Below, piece by piece: positions 12,122 through 24,718 of a stretch of DNA of 64,000 bases. This DNA comes from Mobula hypostoma. Taxonomy: Eukaryota. The stretch is from assembly GCF_963921235.1 (NCBI RefSeq), contig NC_086109.1:8558001-8622000 (forward strand), in the 5' to 3' direction. The notes under the pieces were generated by a model. The model saw nothing but the letters and a program-made list of their open reading frames with translations, was not told where the DNA came from and made no database searches. Made by a program: the position numbers and the translations under genes. Each line of letters opens with the position of its first letter. Position 1 is the stretch's first letter.

Positions 12122-12522
12122 TGTTACCCGGTTCGGATATGGCCCAGGTCGATTGTTCACAAACTCTAATGTGAACAGTGGGGGTTAAAGGGAAAATAAA
12201 CAATAAACACTAGGCCAAACAGGGCTGTTAACTAAAACTCTCAAATGAGAAACAAAGCCTACACTGCAGCTGAAAAGAACATCGAAACATTAAACAAATA
12301 CCGCTAGTCTTCAGAGTTAGTTAACTCGAAAGTCCAGTTTCTCAGGGAAGGCCGAAAGCAAAAAGGCTGCGAAGCATTGCTGTGCTCTGTCCAAGTCTCA
12401 ACAAGCACTACGATAAGTGTGGAGTTAAATACTATCACAATTAAATAATAATTAGCTGACACATGCAAATTCAGAAGCGCAATTGCCATATCTACTGCGC
12501 TGCCGAATCCGTGGTTGTGACA
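12122..12522. mobile_element. Solo LTR, 401 bp
   Basis: TGTTAC...GTGACA termini with a perfect 5 bp TSD CATAG (12117-12121 and 12523-12527). Confidence 0.8.
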
Positions 12523-13999
12523 CATAGAGTGCTATGTTCCAGGTGCATGTTGGTGGGACTAGGCAGAATTATAGTTTGGCACAGACTAGATGGGCTGAAG
12601 GGGCCGTTTATGTGTGCTGTAGTGCTCTACAGTATAACTCTAAAAATGGGGAGACATCTCCAGGATCTTTGGATCCGAAGCTCAATCTTTCATCTGTGGA
12701 GCACTACCTTCAAGAGAAATGAGATTGAAGAGAAAACGTGTCAAAAGTTTCTGTGGAGATTTTGGAAAGAACATGGAGAAGATAACGCCACTTGAGGCTG
12801 GGTGAGACTTGAGCTAGAGGTCATAGGTTAAGGGTGAAAGGGGAACCTGGGGAGGAACTTCTTCATTCAGAGGGTGGTGCAAGTGTGGAACGAGCTGCCA
12901 GTGGAAGTGATGGACACGGATTTGAATGCAACATTTTATTGAAGTTTGGAGAAGTCCGTGGATGTGAGGGGTATGGAGGGCTATGGACCAGGTGTGGGTC
13001 AATAGAACTAGGCAGTTCAATTGTGACATTTAAGAGCAGGTTGGATTAGTACATGGATGTGAGTGGCATGGAGGATTATAGTCCAGGTGCAGGTCAACGG
13101 GACGAGGCAGAATAGTTTGGCATGGACTAGATGGGCCGAAGGCTTGTTTCTGTGCTGTAGTGCTCTATGGCCCCTCTTTAACATTAGAACTGAAGAATTA
13201 AATGAAGCATTCTACCCACAGAAGGGTCTCCAGCACTCAATGACCACAGGAAACTATTCTTTGCAAACTATAGTACAGTATACAATTGGTGGGGGCGCGG
13301 GGGGGGGAGAGGGTAAAATCCTATCACGATTTGTGGCAAGATGACTAAATGATTCATTGAATCACAAGAGCTATGTTCTTGTTCTCGTTCACATCAAAAC
13401 TTCACCGACAGTTGACGAAGTTGGGCAATCACCACCTTAGCAACATGACGCACAACACTCTTTTCTGATCTATCAGAATCAGGTTTAATATCTCTGACAT
13501 ATGTTGTGAAATGCGTTGGTTTGCGAAAGCAGTACAGTGAAGTACATTTAAAAAACTATAAATTACTAAAAGAAATATTATATAAAAATTATATTAAAGA
13601 ATTAGAACAAAAAGCTAGCAAACTGGTGAGATAGTGCTCATGGTCCATTGTCCATTTTGAAATCTGATAGTGTACAGGAAGGAGCTGCTCTTAAAACTTT
13701 GAGTGAGTGCCTTCAGGCTCTTGTACCTTCTACTCGATGTTAGTAATATAAGAAGAGGGCATGTCCTGGGTGATGGGGGTCCTTAATGATGGATGACACC
13801 TTTCTGAGGCATCACTTTTTGAAGATGTCTTCTGTGCTGGGGAAGCTAGTACCCATGATGGAACTGGCTGAGTTTACAACTTTCTGCAACTTTATCTGAT
13901 CCTGTGCAGTGGCTCCAGAGTACCAGATGGTGATGCAACCAGTTCGAATGCTCTTCTTGGAACATCCGTACATCACACTTCAAGCAACCATTTCTATTA

Positions 14000-14230
14000 C
14001 ATAGAGAGAAAAGATTCTGCAAATGTTGGAAATCCAGAGTAAAAATGCTGGAGGAACTCAGCAGGTCAGGCATCATCTATGGACAGGAAAACAGTTGGCG
14101 ATTCTGGCAGAGAGCCTTCATCAGGACTGGAAAGGAAGGGGAAGAAGCCAGAATCTGGCCCGATGTGTCAAATTCTTTCACTTCCATAGATGCTGCATGA
14201 GTTGCATAGTCCTTCCACTCTTCTGCACTC
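14000..14230. mobile_element. Penelope-derived pLTR element, degenerate fold-back
   Basis: Same head as 1141-1340. The minus strand has CAGTCCTGATGAAGGC with a decayed GAAAC. Another copy is at 14625-14765. Confidence 0.6.
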
Positions 14231-14990
14231 ACTACGGTGAAAGTGGAGCAAATTCTTACTGTCTCACTAAGGCATGGAGTCGTACCAGATTTTTTAAAAA
14301 CTACTTTATACAAAAGGGCTTTGGGTGGAGTAATAGCAGTTTGAAATCTGTTTGCAAGTTCAGTAACTGGAGCTGGGCGGGGAGGGGTGGGGTGTGTGGG
14401 ATTGACAGGATGGGGTTGGGGCAATGAAGCTATTCAGACTTGTTTATACTTTCTATTCCTTTCGGGCTTTCCCTTGGCGGCTCGCAGATAACCACAACGA
14501 AATTGGCAAGAGGTGAAACAGCTCTTTGAGACAGTATCACTTGCTTTTTTACCTAGTTAGAGTTCCCTCGCATGCTGTACTGTTTAACAATGGCTGCATC
14601 TCGTTACTTGAGCCTAGTCTCAGACTCTTTCCGGTCCTGATGAAGGGCCTCAACCTAAGACGTTGACTGCTTATTCTCCTCCATGGATGTTGCCTGACAT
14701 GCTGAGTTCCTTCAGCATTTTATGCATGTTACTGAGGGTTTCCAACATCTGCAGAATCTCTTGCATCTGCGATCCTTATCTATGGTGTGCTGAATCTGGT
14801 ATCATCCACCAAAGCACGTTATTGCGAAGATGAGCATCAAATTACCAGGATCAAGGACTGCTTCCTAGGAACTAGATCTTCACTGTTCACTCACATACTT
14901 AGTCAATTTCAAGTGTATTGTCATATGCACAGGTAAAGGTGCAATGAAAGGTTCAAAGTTCAAAGTAAATTTATTATCAAAGTACATATA

Positions 14991-15315
14991 CTTTGTGTAC
15001 TTTGATTGATAAATTCATGGCCTAATATAGAAGGAGTCAATTTGAGAAAACGTAGCACATTCATTTTTCAACATAGTCCCTTCCTACATTTACATACTTA
15101 GTCCAGCGCTCATGGAGCATACGGATCTTGGACCTCCTGGTGGTTCACAGCATGGGTGATTGATAAGTTCGTGGCCTAGGGTAGAAGGAGATGAGCTATA
15201 CAGCTCTCGTTACATACACATGCAGTTCAACGCTTTGAGTGATCATGCAGGAAGTTTGAAGTTAATAACTCATCGCCTTCTACCTTAGGCCACAAACTTA
15301 TCAATCACACCTCGT
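14991..15315. mobile_element. Mariner-like MITE
   Basis: The right end CCTTCTACCTTAGGCCACAAACTTATCAATCACACCTCG-TA is inverted relative to GATTGATAA(A/G)TTC(A/G)TGGCCTA...AGAAGG at about 15004 and 15158. Confidence 0.65.
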
Positions 15316-16904
15316 ACGTCACCATGTACAACTCTGAGATTCATTTTCTTGTGACCATACTCAATAAATCTATAAAATTAATAATCAATGAAAGACCACA
15401 CCAACTTGGGTGTGGCTCAACCAGTGCGCAAAAGACAACAAACGGTGCAAATGCAAAAAGAAATGGTAAAGATAAATAAACAAGCAATAAATATCAAGAA
15501 CATGAGATGAAGAGTCCTTGAAGTGAGTCCGTTGGTTGTGGGAACAATTCAGTGATGGGGCGTGAAGTTGAGTGAAGTTATCACCTCTGGTTCAGGAGCC
15601 TGATGGTTGAGGGGTAGTAACTGTTTCTGAACTTGGTGGTGAGTCCTGAGGCTCATGTACTTTCTTCCAAATGGCAGCAGTGAGAAGACAGCATGGCCTG
15701 GATTGTGGGAATCACTGATGATACGATGTTGTTTTCATGCAATAGTGTTTCATGTAAATGTGCTTAATGGTGGGGAGCACTTTACCAATGATGGACTGGG
15801 CCATATTCATTACTTGCTGTAGAATGAAAAGCTTCCTTATAGCAGCATCACAGACACAGAGCAGAGTTCGGCTACATTTGGCAAGGGTTGAGTGACAGAA
15901 AAGGAGACAGATAGGAGCAGAGTGAACTCAGCATTTTCGGAACAAGTTCTTCCCCTCTGCCATCAGAATCTGAACAATCCATGAACACTGCCTCGCTATT
16001 CCTATTTTGCACCATTAATTTGACTTTAGTTAACCTCAGAATGGAGATGGGGAGGAACTTCTGTATCCAGAGGGCAGTGAATCTGTGGAACCCATTGGCA
16101 CAGACGGCTATGGAGGCCAAGTCATTGAGCGGAAGTTGTTAAGTTCTTGATTAGTAAGGACATAAAAAGTTATGGAAAGAAAGCAGGAGGATGGGTTTAA
16201 GAGGGAAAATAAATTGGACATGATGGAATGGTGGAGCAGACTCAATGGGCTGAATGGCCTGATTCTGCTCCTATGTCTTGTCATCTTATGGTTTTAATCA
16301 ATTGTTTAATAACTGCTTTAAGTTTTTTTTTGTGTACTGCACAGTACTGCTACCACAAAAGGACAAATTTCATGACATATATCAGTGATAATAAACCTGA
16401 TTCTAATGCCTGAGCTATATCCAACTTGCAGCACTTTACAGAGGTAGGGAGGAGAAGTCAAGGTCACGAAAGGATCTGAATTCAAGGGCATGAATTTTAA
16501 AGTTGCCCAAAGAGGAGACTATGTCGGTAAAGGTGTGAGGATGGGATCAAGTCACTTAGGATTTGCTCTCAATGCTCTGTTTTCCATCTGTGCAGATCGG
16601 CTAACTATATTTCTTGCACTGAGTTGCCATCAAACCTCCCTCCCTCCAACACACCCCTCCCCTTTCCTTTCATCCATCTGCCTGTCTAAGTCTCTTAAAT
16701 GTTCCTGATGTATCTGCCTCTACCACTGCCCCTGGCAGGGCGTTCCACGCACCCACCAGTCTCTGTGTAAAACACTTACCTCTGACATCCCCCCTATACT
16801 TTCTTCTAAATGCCTTAAAATTATGCTAACACCTGGCATTAGCTATTTCCACCCAAGGAAAGAAGTTCTTGGCTGGCCACTCGATCTACATCTCGTATCA
16901 TGCT

Positions 16905-17460
16905 GTGGCATCAAATAAATGAATGTGTGGCCAATGAGCTGGTGCAGAAGGGAGGTTTTTGGATCATTCGGATCTCCTTTGGGGTAGGAGTGACCTTTAC
17001 AAGGAGGATAGGTTGCACATGAACAGGAGGGGAACCAATATCCTTGCAGGGAGGTTTGCTGGCTTCAGGCGGGAGGCTTTAAACCAGAGAGACAGTGGGC
17101 TGGGACCCAGACTGACAGTGTAACAGGTGGAGAGGCTGACTCATATAGAGAAAACTGAACAGGACGAGCCCAGTGAAAGCAGCAGCCAAAGGCAGGAGCG
17201 AAAGAACGAGAGGGTCGGTAGGCGTAACTGTGTTTACTTAAACACAAGGAACCTGACAGGTAAGATCTGAGTGTGGAGCAGCAGATGGGATTATGAGATT
17301 GTTGCAATCATGGTCACGGAGACATGGCTGACAGAAGTGGTGGTGGGCATGAGATCTGGCAGCTCAGTGTTCCAGGGAATAGATGTTTCGAGCGTGACAG
17401 TGGGAGAGGATCTCGCACTACTGATTAGTGACAACATTAAAGCATAGTCAGGGAGGATTT
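16905..17460 (+). mobile_element. Old CR1 5' remnant (end of ORF1, start of ORF2)
   Basis: Similar to 32815-33620, e.g. GGTTGCACATGAACAGGAGGGGAACCAATATCCT. Confidence 0.6.
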
Positions 17461-17469
17461 AGTCAGAGA

Positions 17470-18588
17470 ATGATGCTGGGAATGAAAGGGTTAACATGTG
17501 AGATGCATTTGATGGATCTCGGCCTGTACTCACTGAGGGGTGTCTCATTGTTGACAGATTGAGATAGAGTGGACGTGGAGAGGATGCTTCCTATAGTGCG
17601 GGAAGTCTAGATTCAGAGGGAACAGCCTCAGAATAGAAGGATATCACTTTAGAACAGAGATGAGGAGGAATTTCTTTAGCCAGCGAGTGGTGGATCTGTG
17701 GAATTCATTACCACAGACGGCTGCGGAGGGAAGTCATTGTGTATACAGGCTGACTCAGTGGTGAAGAAGGCGAATGCAAGGTTGGCATTCATTTCTAGAG
17801 GAATAGAGTATAGGAGCAGGGATGTGATGTTGAGGCTCTATAAGGCGCTGGTGAGACCTCACTTGGAGTACTGTGGGCAGTTTTGGTCTCCTTATTTAAG
17901 AAAGGATGTGCTGACGTTGGAGAGGGTGCAGAGAAGATTCACTAGAATGATTCCGGGAATGAGAGGGTTAACATATGAGGAACATTTGTCCGCTTTTGTA
18001 CTGTACTCCTTGGAGTTTAGAAGAATGAGGGGAGACCTCATAGAAACATTTCGAATGTTGAAAGGCATGGACAGAGTGGATGTGGCAAAGTTGTTTCCCA
18101 TGACGGGGGAGTCTAGTACGAGAGGGCATGACTTAAGGATTGGAGGGCGCCCATTCAGAACAGAGATGCAAAGAAATTTTTTTTAGCCAGAGGATGGTGG
18201 ATCTATGGAATTCGTTGCCACGGGCAGCAGTGGAGGCCAAGTCATTGGATGTATTTAAGGCAGAGATTGATAGGTATCTGAGTAGCCAGGGCATTAAAGG
18301 TTATGGTGAGAAGGCAGGGGAGTGAGACTAAATGGGAGAATGGATCAGCTCATGATAAAATGGCAGAGCTGACTCGATGGGCCGAATGGCTGACTTCTGC
18401 TCCTTTGTCTTATGGTATACTTAAAGCAGAGGTTGATAGGTTCTTGATTAGTAAGGGTGCCAAAGGTTATGGGAAGAAGGCAGGAGAACGGGGTTTGTGA
18501 GGGATAATAAATCAGCCATGATGGAATGGTGCAGCAGACTCAATGGGCCAAATGGCGTAATTCTGCTTCTACGTTTATGGTCTTAGGG
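17470..18588 (+). mobile_element. CR1 3' end containing a nested same-strand young CR1 (17747-18414)
   Basis: GTATAC is duplicated at 17741-17746 and 18415-18420. ORF 17698-18186 is a CR1 RT C-terminus. Confidence 0.85.
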
Positions 18589-18589
18589 G

Positions 18590-18930
18590 CTTACAATATC
18601 CTGGTCGTTTAGGCCATATGGTAGAATTTAGGAATAGAAATGATCACTAAATTTGAAGAGATTGTACAGCGAGGCTCCCTGCAGTCAGCAGGAAGTAGAA
18701 GAACAGATATGTAGGCAGATTACAAAAAGGTGTAAGTGTAATGGAATTATACTGTAGTAATGGGGGAATGTAATACTCCTTCTATTGTCTGGAGTTGTCT
18801 GAGTGCAGGGGGCTTAGACAGAATTCATAGCATGCATCCAGAAGGGTTTTCTGAAACAGTATGTGGAGAGTCCTACCAGGAGGAGGCTGTACTTTGGAAT
18901 GAGGATGGACAAGTTGGAAAGTTGAGTGAG
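18590..18930 (+). repeat. Decayed CR1 endonuclease fragment; copy A of an inverted duplication
   Basis: VVMGECNTPSIVW resembles the CR1 APE motif IxMGDFNxPxIxW. The reverse complement is at 63410-63752. Confidence 0.8.
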
Positions 18931-20042
18931 CTCTGTATATAGGAAACAAGCTCTGTATGTAGTCTGACGATGCTTGCAAACCAGATGGATAATAACATTT
19001 AGCATATCAGTAACTGATCTATTTATTTGTTGCGTTTTATGTATTCAGAGAGGTTAGCTTTATAGCATTAATTGTGCAAATGTGTGTTGCCATACACTAC
19101 TTTGAGATTCATTTCCTTGCAGGGATTTACAGGAAAATAAAGAAAAACAATAGAAACTACAAAAAAAAACTATACATAAGAGTGGCAAATGACCGATATG
19201 CAAAAGAAAACAAATTGTGCAAATAAGAGGATAAATACTGAGGAATTGATTTGCAGAGTGTGAGTCTGTCAGATGTAGAATCCATTCAAAGTTGAAGTGA
19301 GTGAAGTTACCCACGCTGGTTCAGGAGCCTGATGGTCGTAGGGTAATAACTGTTCCTGAACCTGGTGGCTTGGGACCTTGAGCTTCTGTACCTCCTGCCC
19401 AATGGCAGCAGTGAGAAGAGACCATAGCTTGGACGGTGGGGATCCTTGACGATAGATGCTGCTTTCTTCGTGGCTGTGCTGTGGGGAGGGCATTGCCTGT
19501 GACAGACAGGGTTATATCCACCACTTCCCGTATACCTTTCCATTCCTGGGCATCAGTGTTTTCATACCAAGATACACCATTCCTTACTGTGTCTGATATG
19601 AGCCTCCTAAGGAGGTGGTGAAGCTAGATACAATCCCAATATTTAAAAGGCATTTGGGCAGGCACTTGGATGGGAGAGGGGTAGAAAGATATGGACCTAA
19701 TTTTGGCCAAAGGGATTGACATACATTGGTGTCATAGTTGGCATGGATGATGTCTACTTCTATGCTGTATAATTCGTGATGATCCTACATCTATACAAAA
19801 GCAACATTACACCCAAATGTCTTCATTACATTACCTAGTGGAGACAGAGTCGAGGACAAGGTACTGACAAAGACCAAACGTTTCCAGGTATATAAAGTAA
19901 ATGAGTGATTATTTCCCTTTGCTTCTGGGATTTGGATGTGGGCTTTGCAGGGAATTATCATTTCATTCCCAATTATCCCTGGTGAAGGTGACTAAAACCA
20001 CGAAACCACTGGGGTAGAAACTCTGAGGAGGAAGTCCAGAAG

Positions 20043-20490
20043 AACACACACAAAATGCTGAAGGAATTCAACGGGCCAGGCAGCATCTATGGAGAGGAAT
20101 AAAGAGCCAACGTTTCAGGCCAAGATTCTTCATCAGGGCTGGAAAGGAAGGGGGAAGAAGCAAGAATAAGAAGGTGGGGGGGGAGAGGAAGTACAAGCTG
20201 GAAGGTGATAGATGAAGACAGGTGAGAGAGAGAGAGAGAGAGAGAGATGAAGTAAGAAGCTGTGAGGTGATAGGTGGAAAAGGTAAAGGGCTGAAGAAGG
20301 AGGAACCTGATAGGAGAGGAGTGTGGACCATGGGAGAAAGGGAAGGAAGAGGGGCACCAGGGGAGGAGAAGAGAAGAGGTAAGAGGGGAGCCAGAGTGGG
20401 GAACGGAAGACGGAAGGGAGAGGTGGAAAAATTACCAGAAGCCAGAGAAGTCGACGTTCATGCCATCAGGTTGGAGGCTACCCAGACACA
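20043..20490 (-). mobile_element. Penelope-like element 3' part with hammerhead core
   Basis: Minus strand reads CAGCC-CTGATGA-AGAATCTTGGCCT-GAAAC-GTT-GGCT (20105-20141). GIY-YIG-end remnant at 20430-20490. Confidence 0.7.
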
Positions 20491-20698
20491 ACACGGAAAA
20501 AAAAAGAGAATGGTATCTTTCGGAGTCAAAACGGTTCACGTTCACAAAGATGAAAAGCGGTAAAAATAACAGTTTCTCAGGGGGTCGGGAGCAGGTGGGT
20601 AACAGAGTGTGACAATAATACACTGGCAGCTCTCTCTTCAGAAACTGTGGTTAAGATTTACTATCAGAGTAGTGCAATGGCACCTGCGTTATACTCAC

Positions 20699-20749
20699 GT
20701 CTGTTGTGAAGTCGGTGCATCCACCGTGTGACAAATGGAAATTAAAGTT
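20699..20749 (-). other. Candidate 51 nt exon of an unidentified minus-strand transcript
   Basis: Acceptor CTTTTGCCTCTCACCGTTTTCTCGAGCAG| and donor |GTGAGT, in non-repetitive sequence just downstream of the CpG island. Confidence 0.45.
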
Positions 20750-20849
20750 CTGCTCGAGAAAACGGTGAGAGGCAAAAGCCATGAACATGAAAAGATGTTT
20801 CCACCCCCTCACTCCCCCACAGACGAGCTCTGCATCACTGACCCCATCA

Positions 20850-21140
20850 GACAGCTATCGACAGCGGCAGCTTCTGAGGGGGGTTCCGCTGGAATTTATC
20901 CAGAGATCAACACGGCACTGTTGTTCCGTGTGCACGGAGCAAGGACGGCAATGTTAGAGGCTCGGTTAAATGTTTTACTGACTCACGGTAGCAACGCCAG
21001 ACACGCCCGGCGACCGAGTTTGGGAGCGACGAACCACGTTGCCCCGGAAAGCCCGCGCCCGCAGGCGGGAGGCCTAATCGATCCACAGCACAATCGATCG
21101 CACACATGCGCACTTGCCCCATGCCTGCAATCGATCCTGT
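20850..21140 (-). promoter_or_regulatory. CpG-island-like candidate promoter / first exon
   Basis: More than 25 CpGs in about 290 bp in a CpG-depleted window. Minus-strand donor ACC|GTGAGT at 20987/20986. RFX-, E2F- and NRF1-like motifs. Confidence 0.5.
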
Positions 21141-22968
21141 ATGGTTCCTCTGTGGCTCTGAAAGGGGAGACCCATAATTTCCCCAGGACACTTTTCACAA
21201 TATCAGAATTTTTTTTTCTGGTTTGGGGAATAATTCTTGAAATATTGTGGCTGTTGTGATGTCAGAAATACCAGACTACCTGTAGTTCCTGCAAGATACT
21301 GGAGCATTTGATGAGGAGCCTTTGATGGCTCTGGGTCTCTACCCACTGGAATTCAGCAGAATGGTGGGGGGGGGGTGTGACCTATCGAGTGGTGAAAGGC
21401 CTCAGTTGAGTGGATGTGGGGAGGAGATTTCCTCGAAGTAGAGGGCACAATCTCAGAATAGAGGGGTGCCCTTTTTAGGATGGAGGTGAGGGGGAATGTC
21501 TTTAACCAGAGGGGTGGTGAATCTGTGCAATTGGTTGCCACAGGCGGCTGTGGAGGCCAGGTCATTGGGTGCATTTAAGGCAGAGGTTGATAGATGCTTG
21601 ATTAGTCAGGGAGAAGGCAGGTGAACGGGGCTGAGAGGGAAATGGATCAGCCAAGATGAAATAGTCTCATATTAGTAATGGTACGCATTAGGCAACTTAA
21701 TGTGGGAACGACGAACTGTATAGGACTTAGTGTGGGAACAGCCCAGCATGTCCCATTACTAACAGATGGGCCAAATGGCCTAATTCTGCTCCTGTATCTT
21801 ATGCTGCTCGACCCACTAGGTTCATAAGTCCATGGGATGTAGAAGCAGAACTTAGGCTACTCATCCCATCGAGCCCGCACTGCCATTCCGTCATGGCTGA
21901 TGTATTATCTCTCTCAACCCCATTCTCCTGCCTTCTCCCCATAACTTTTGATGCTCTTAGTAATCCCAAACCTATCAACCTCCACTTTAAATATACTCAA
22001 TGACTTGGCCATGAATTTCTCCTGCTGCTTGTACAGGAACTGTAACACTTCAGTCTGCATTCCGTAATCGTTTCTCCTTGTACCACCTCAACGTCCTGGT
22101 ATGATGAAATGATCTGTAAGGATGGCACGTAAGCAAAGATTTTCACTGCACTTGGTGCATGTGACATTAAAAAAAAAACAACTTACCAATTTTTGCTCAG
22201 GATTCCAGTGTCTGCAGTGTCTAGTGTCATCCCTTTCCCTCTATACTTGCTGCCTGACCTGTTGAGTTCCTCTTGCAGTTTGCCTTCAGCTTCCGCAGAG
22301 AGCCTGGTGATAATGAGCAGACACACCAGTCTTAGAGTTGCTGAGATTGGGATAACATTGGCCAGAGTTGCAGGGAAAGCTCCCCTGATCTTCAGATCTG
22401 CTCCCTGGGCCCTTTTCCAACCCCTTGAGAGGGCAGATGGGGCCTCATTCTAAACTAAAGGACTGAGCTGCTCCTTCATAACTGCACTGGGGCGCAGGAG
22501 TGGCTGTTTTTGCTCCTATCTCTTCAGCTGTCCAGCGTGGCAGAGCAGGGAAGACAAGTCTGCTCGCCGGATTCTGAATTGGAACTGATACCTGGCTGTT
22601 ATTTTTTTTTACTTAAAAACATTAAACTAATACAAAAGAAGACATGGGGAGTCCAAAAATGTGGGTGTAACTTCGTCTTTAAGCAAGGAGCTCACGTAGC
22701 GTGATGATGTAAGCAATTAACATATTTATACATAGAGCCCATAATTAATTATTTAAATGAACAGGAATGCTTAATCGAACAATATGTACTTACAAGATTA
22801 CACAGCTATTATTGAAGTATTAAATACACTGCACTGGCCATGGAGAGCAAACCACAGTGTGTAGAACATGTCGGTCACTCTCTGAGGGGAGAATCAGATT
22901 TATTGTCTGGTTGAGGTCAAGGCCCAAAAGTTGAAGTCCCTAGGTCGGCAAGTACGGAGGCTGGAGAC

Positions 22969-23037
22969 CTGTGTGTGTGTGTGTGTGTGTAACTGTGTGT
23001 GACAGTGTGTATGTGTAACTGTGTGTGTGTGTGTGTG

Positions 23038-23081
<44 letters not shown>

Positions 23082-23118
23082 ACAGTGTGTGTGTGTAACT
23101 GTGTGTGACAGTGTGTGT
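22969..23118. repeat. Interrupted (GT)n microsatellite
   Basis: Directly visible. Confidence 0.95.
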
Positions 23119-23254
23119 GGCTCAAGATTTCTGGCATCCGCAGAATCTCGTGCCTGAGGGAGAGGGATCTGAGGAGGGCTTTCGTCATAGATCAATGAGG
23201 GAGTGATTACATTTTGAATGTGCTTCCTGAGGAGGTGGTAGAGGCACATACTGC

Positions 23255-23712
23255 ACAGACTAGTACAGCACAGGAACAGGCCATTCAGCCCACAATGCTG
23301 TGCCGAACCAGCTCAAAAGTAAATCAAAAACACCCAAACACTAATCCCTCCAACCGACACAATGTCCATCTTCCTCATATTCATGTCCCTATCCAAATGT
23401 CTCTTAGAAACCTCCACCACCATAGCAGGCAGCGATTTCCAGGAATGCATCACTCCCTCACATCCTCTCTCCTTCAATCTGTGCCCTCTGGTATTAGACG
23501 TTTCAACCCCAGGAAACAGATACTCTCTGTTCACTCTCTCTATACCTCTCCTACTCTTATAAACCTTAATCAAGTCTCCCCTCAGCCTTCGCCGCTCCAA
23601 AGAAAACTGCCTAAGTTTGTCCAACTTCTCATGATAGCACGTGCCCTCTAAACCGGGCAGCATCCTGGTGAACCTCTTCTGCACCCTCTCCAAAGCCTCA
23701 ACATCCTTCCTT
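23255..23712 (-). mobile_element. CR1 3' end
   Basis: RKDVEALERVQKRFTRMLPGLE...RGDLIKVYK; same subfamily as 61001-61840. Confidence 0.8.
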
Positions 23713-24077
23713 TTGTAAAGCATAGAACACAGGGCAACGACCCCTTTACCCCAGCACGTCAGCAAACGGCCTATTCCCTCTATTTCGTATCTTCCTATAT
23801 GATCACGCCGTTGTTCTTTAACTTGTACTTGAGTATTGGTTTATAATTTTCATACATATCAAACCCATGAAAGGCTGTTTTCATAAACCAATTGTTTGGA
23901 AGCAGATGAACTTGCCTGGTGTCTCAGGGCTGGGCATGTCTGCACCTGTGCCACCTCCTCCCCCTGCCCTGGCACTCCTTCTCTGCCACCTCCCCGGTGC
24001 CCCACCCTCACCATTCCCAGCATCCTTTGCTCCCACTAGATTTACAAACTCGCTCTCCACTCCACATTGACAAATAC

Positions 24078-24718
24078 AAGACTATGCAAAAGTCTTAGGC
24101 ACCATGGCTATATATGTGAGGCCTCTGACAGTCAGGGTGAGCATGGATGTTGCATCCTAACTATCTAGATACACAAGCCAGGGCAGTACAATATGGAGTG
24201 CAAGCTTGTTGCCCATGTCATCCACTCCACGCAGCTGATCAACCCAAGTGAATGTCAGTTTGGCACCAGTAGCATCACAAGAGTTGCCAATCAATGTTGA
24301 ACTCAACGTAGGACTGCTTTACATTTTTCCAGATTTCCCCTTGGGATTTACTCCTGAGGCCTTCCCCATGAATGGGTAGAGCCGCAAGGTAGCGGAGGTT
24401 TGAGATCAGAGTTTTCCTTCTCCTTGATGAGCTGACAAGCCCCATCTGCCCGAAGCAACTGATTTTAAGGCACCAGTGACCTGCCTTTGCCCCTTCTCCT
24501 GTCAGCAGAAACGGTTCCGCCGAGCTTAGTAACTAAGCCACACCTGAAGGTCAGGAGCTGGACTTGGTTGTCGGAGGCACATGCCATTGGGAGCATTTAA
24601 TAGGTAGTGGGAGCTTATCTCCAACACCACCCTGGCTATAACAACCTTAAGGAACCATAGCTATAAATATATATACTTATCTTTATTATGTGTGCCTAAG
24701 ATTTTTACACAGTACTGT
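24078..24718. mobile_element. Small Tc1-type MITE interrupted by a ~540 bp retroposon-like insert (about 24115-24655)
   Basis: TIRs ACTATGCAAAAGTCTTAGGCAC / GTGCCTAAGATTTTTACACAGTACTG. ACCAT(G/A)GCTATA flanks the insert. Related mini copies lie at about 43874-43930 and 44352-44415. Confidence 0.55.

Noticed and set aside
20735..21259. 174 aa plus-strand ORF over the CpG island
   Set aside because: No recognisable domain; GC-rich sequence is stop-poor, and splice signals favour the minus strand.
22660..22833. Possible short solo LTR (TG...CA)
   Set aside because: No TSD found and the boundaries are ambiguous.
22917..23249. His/Thr-rich proteins
   Set aside because: Translation of a (GT)n microsatellite.
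23870..24110. Similarity to 44140-44370 as a segmental duplication
   Set aside because: The copies are moderately diverged with unrelated flanks; more simply a dispersed repeat family.
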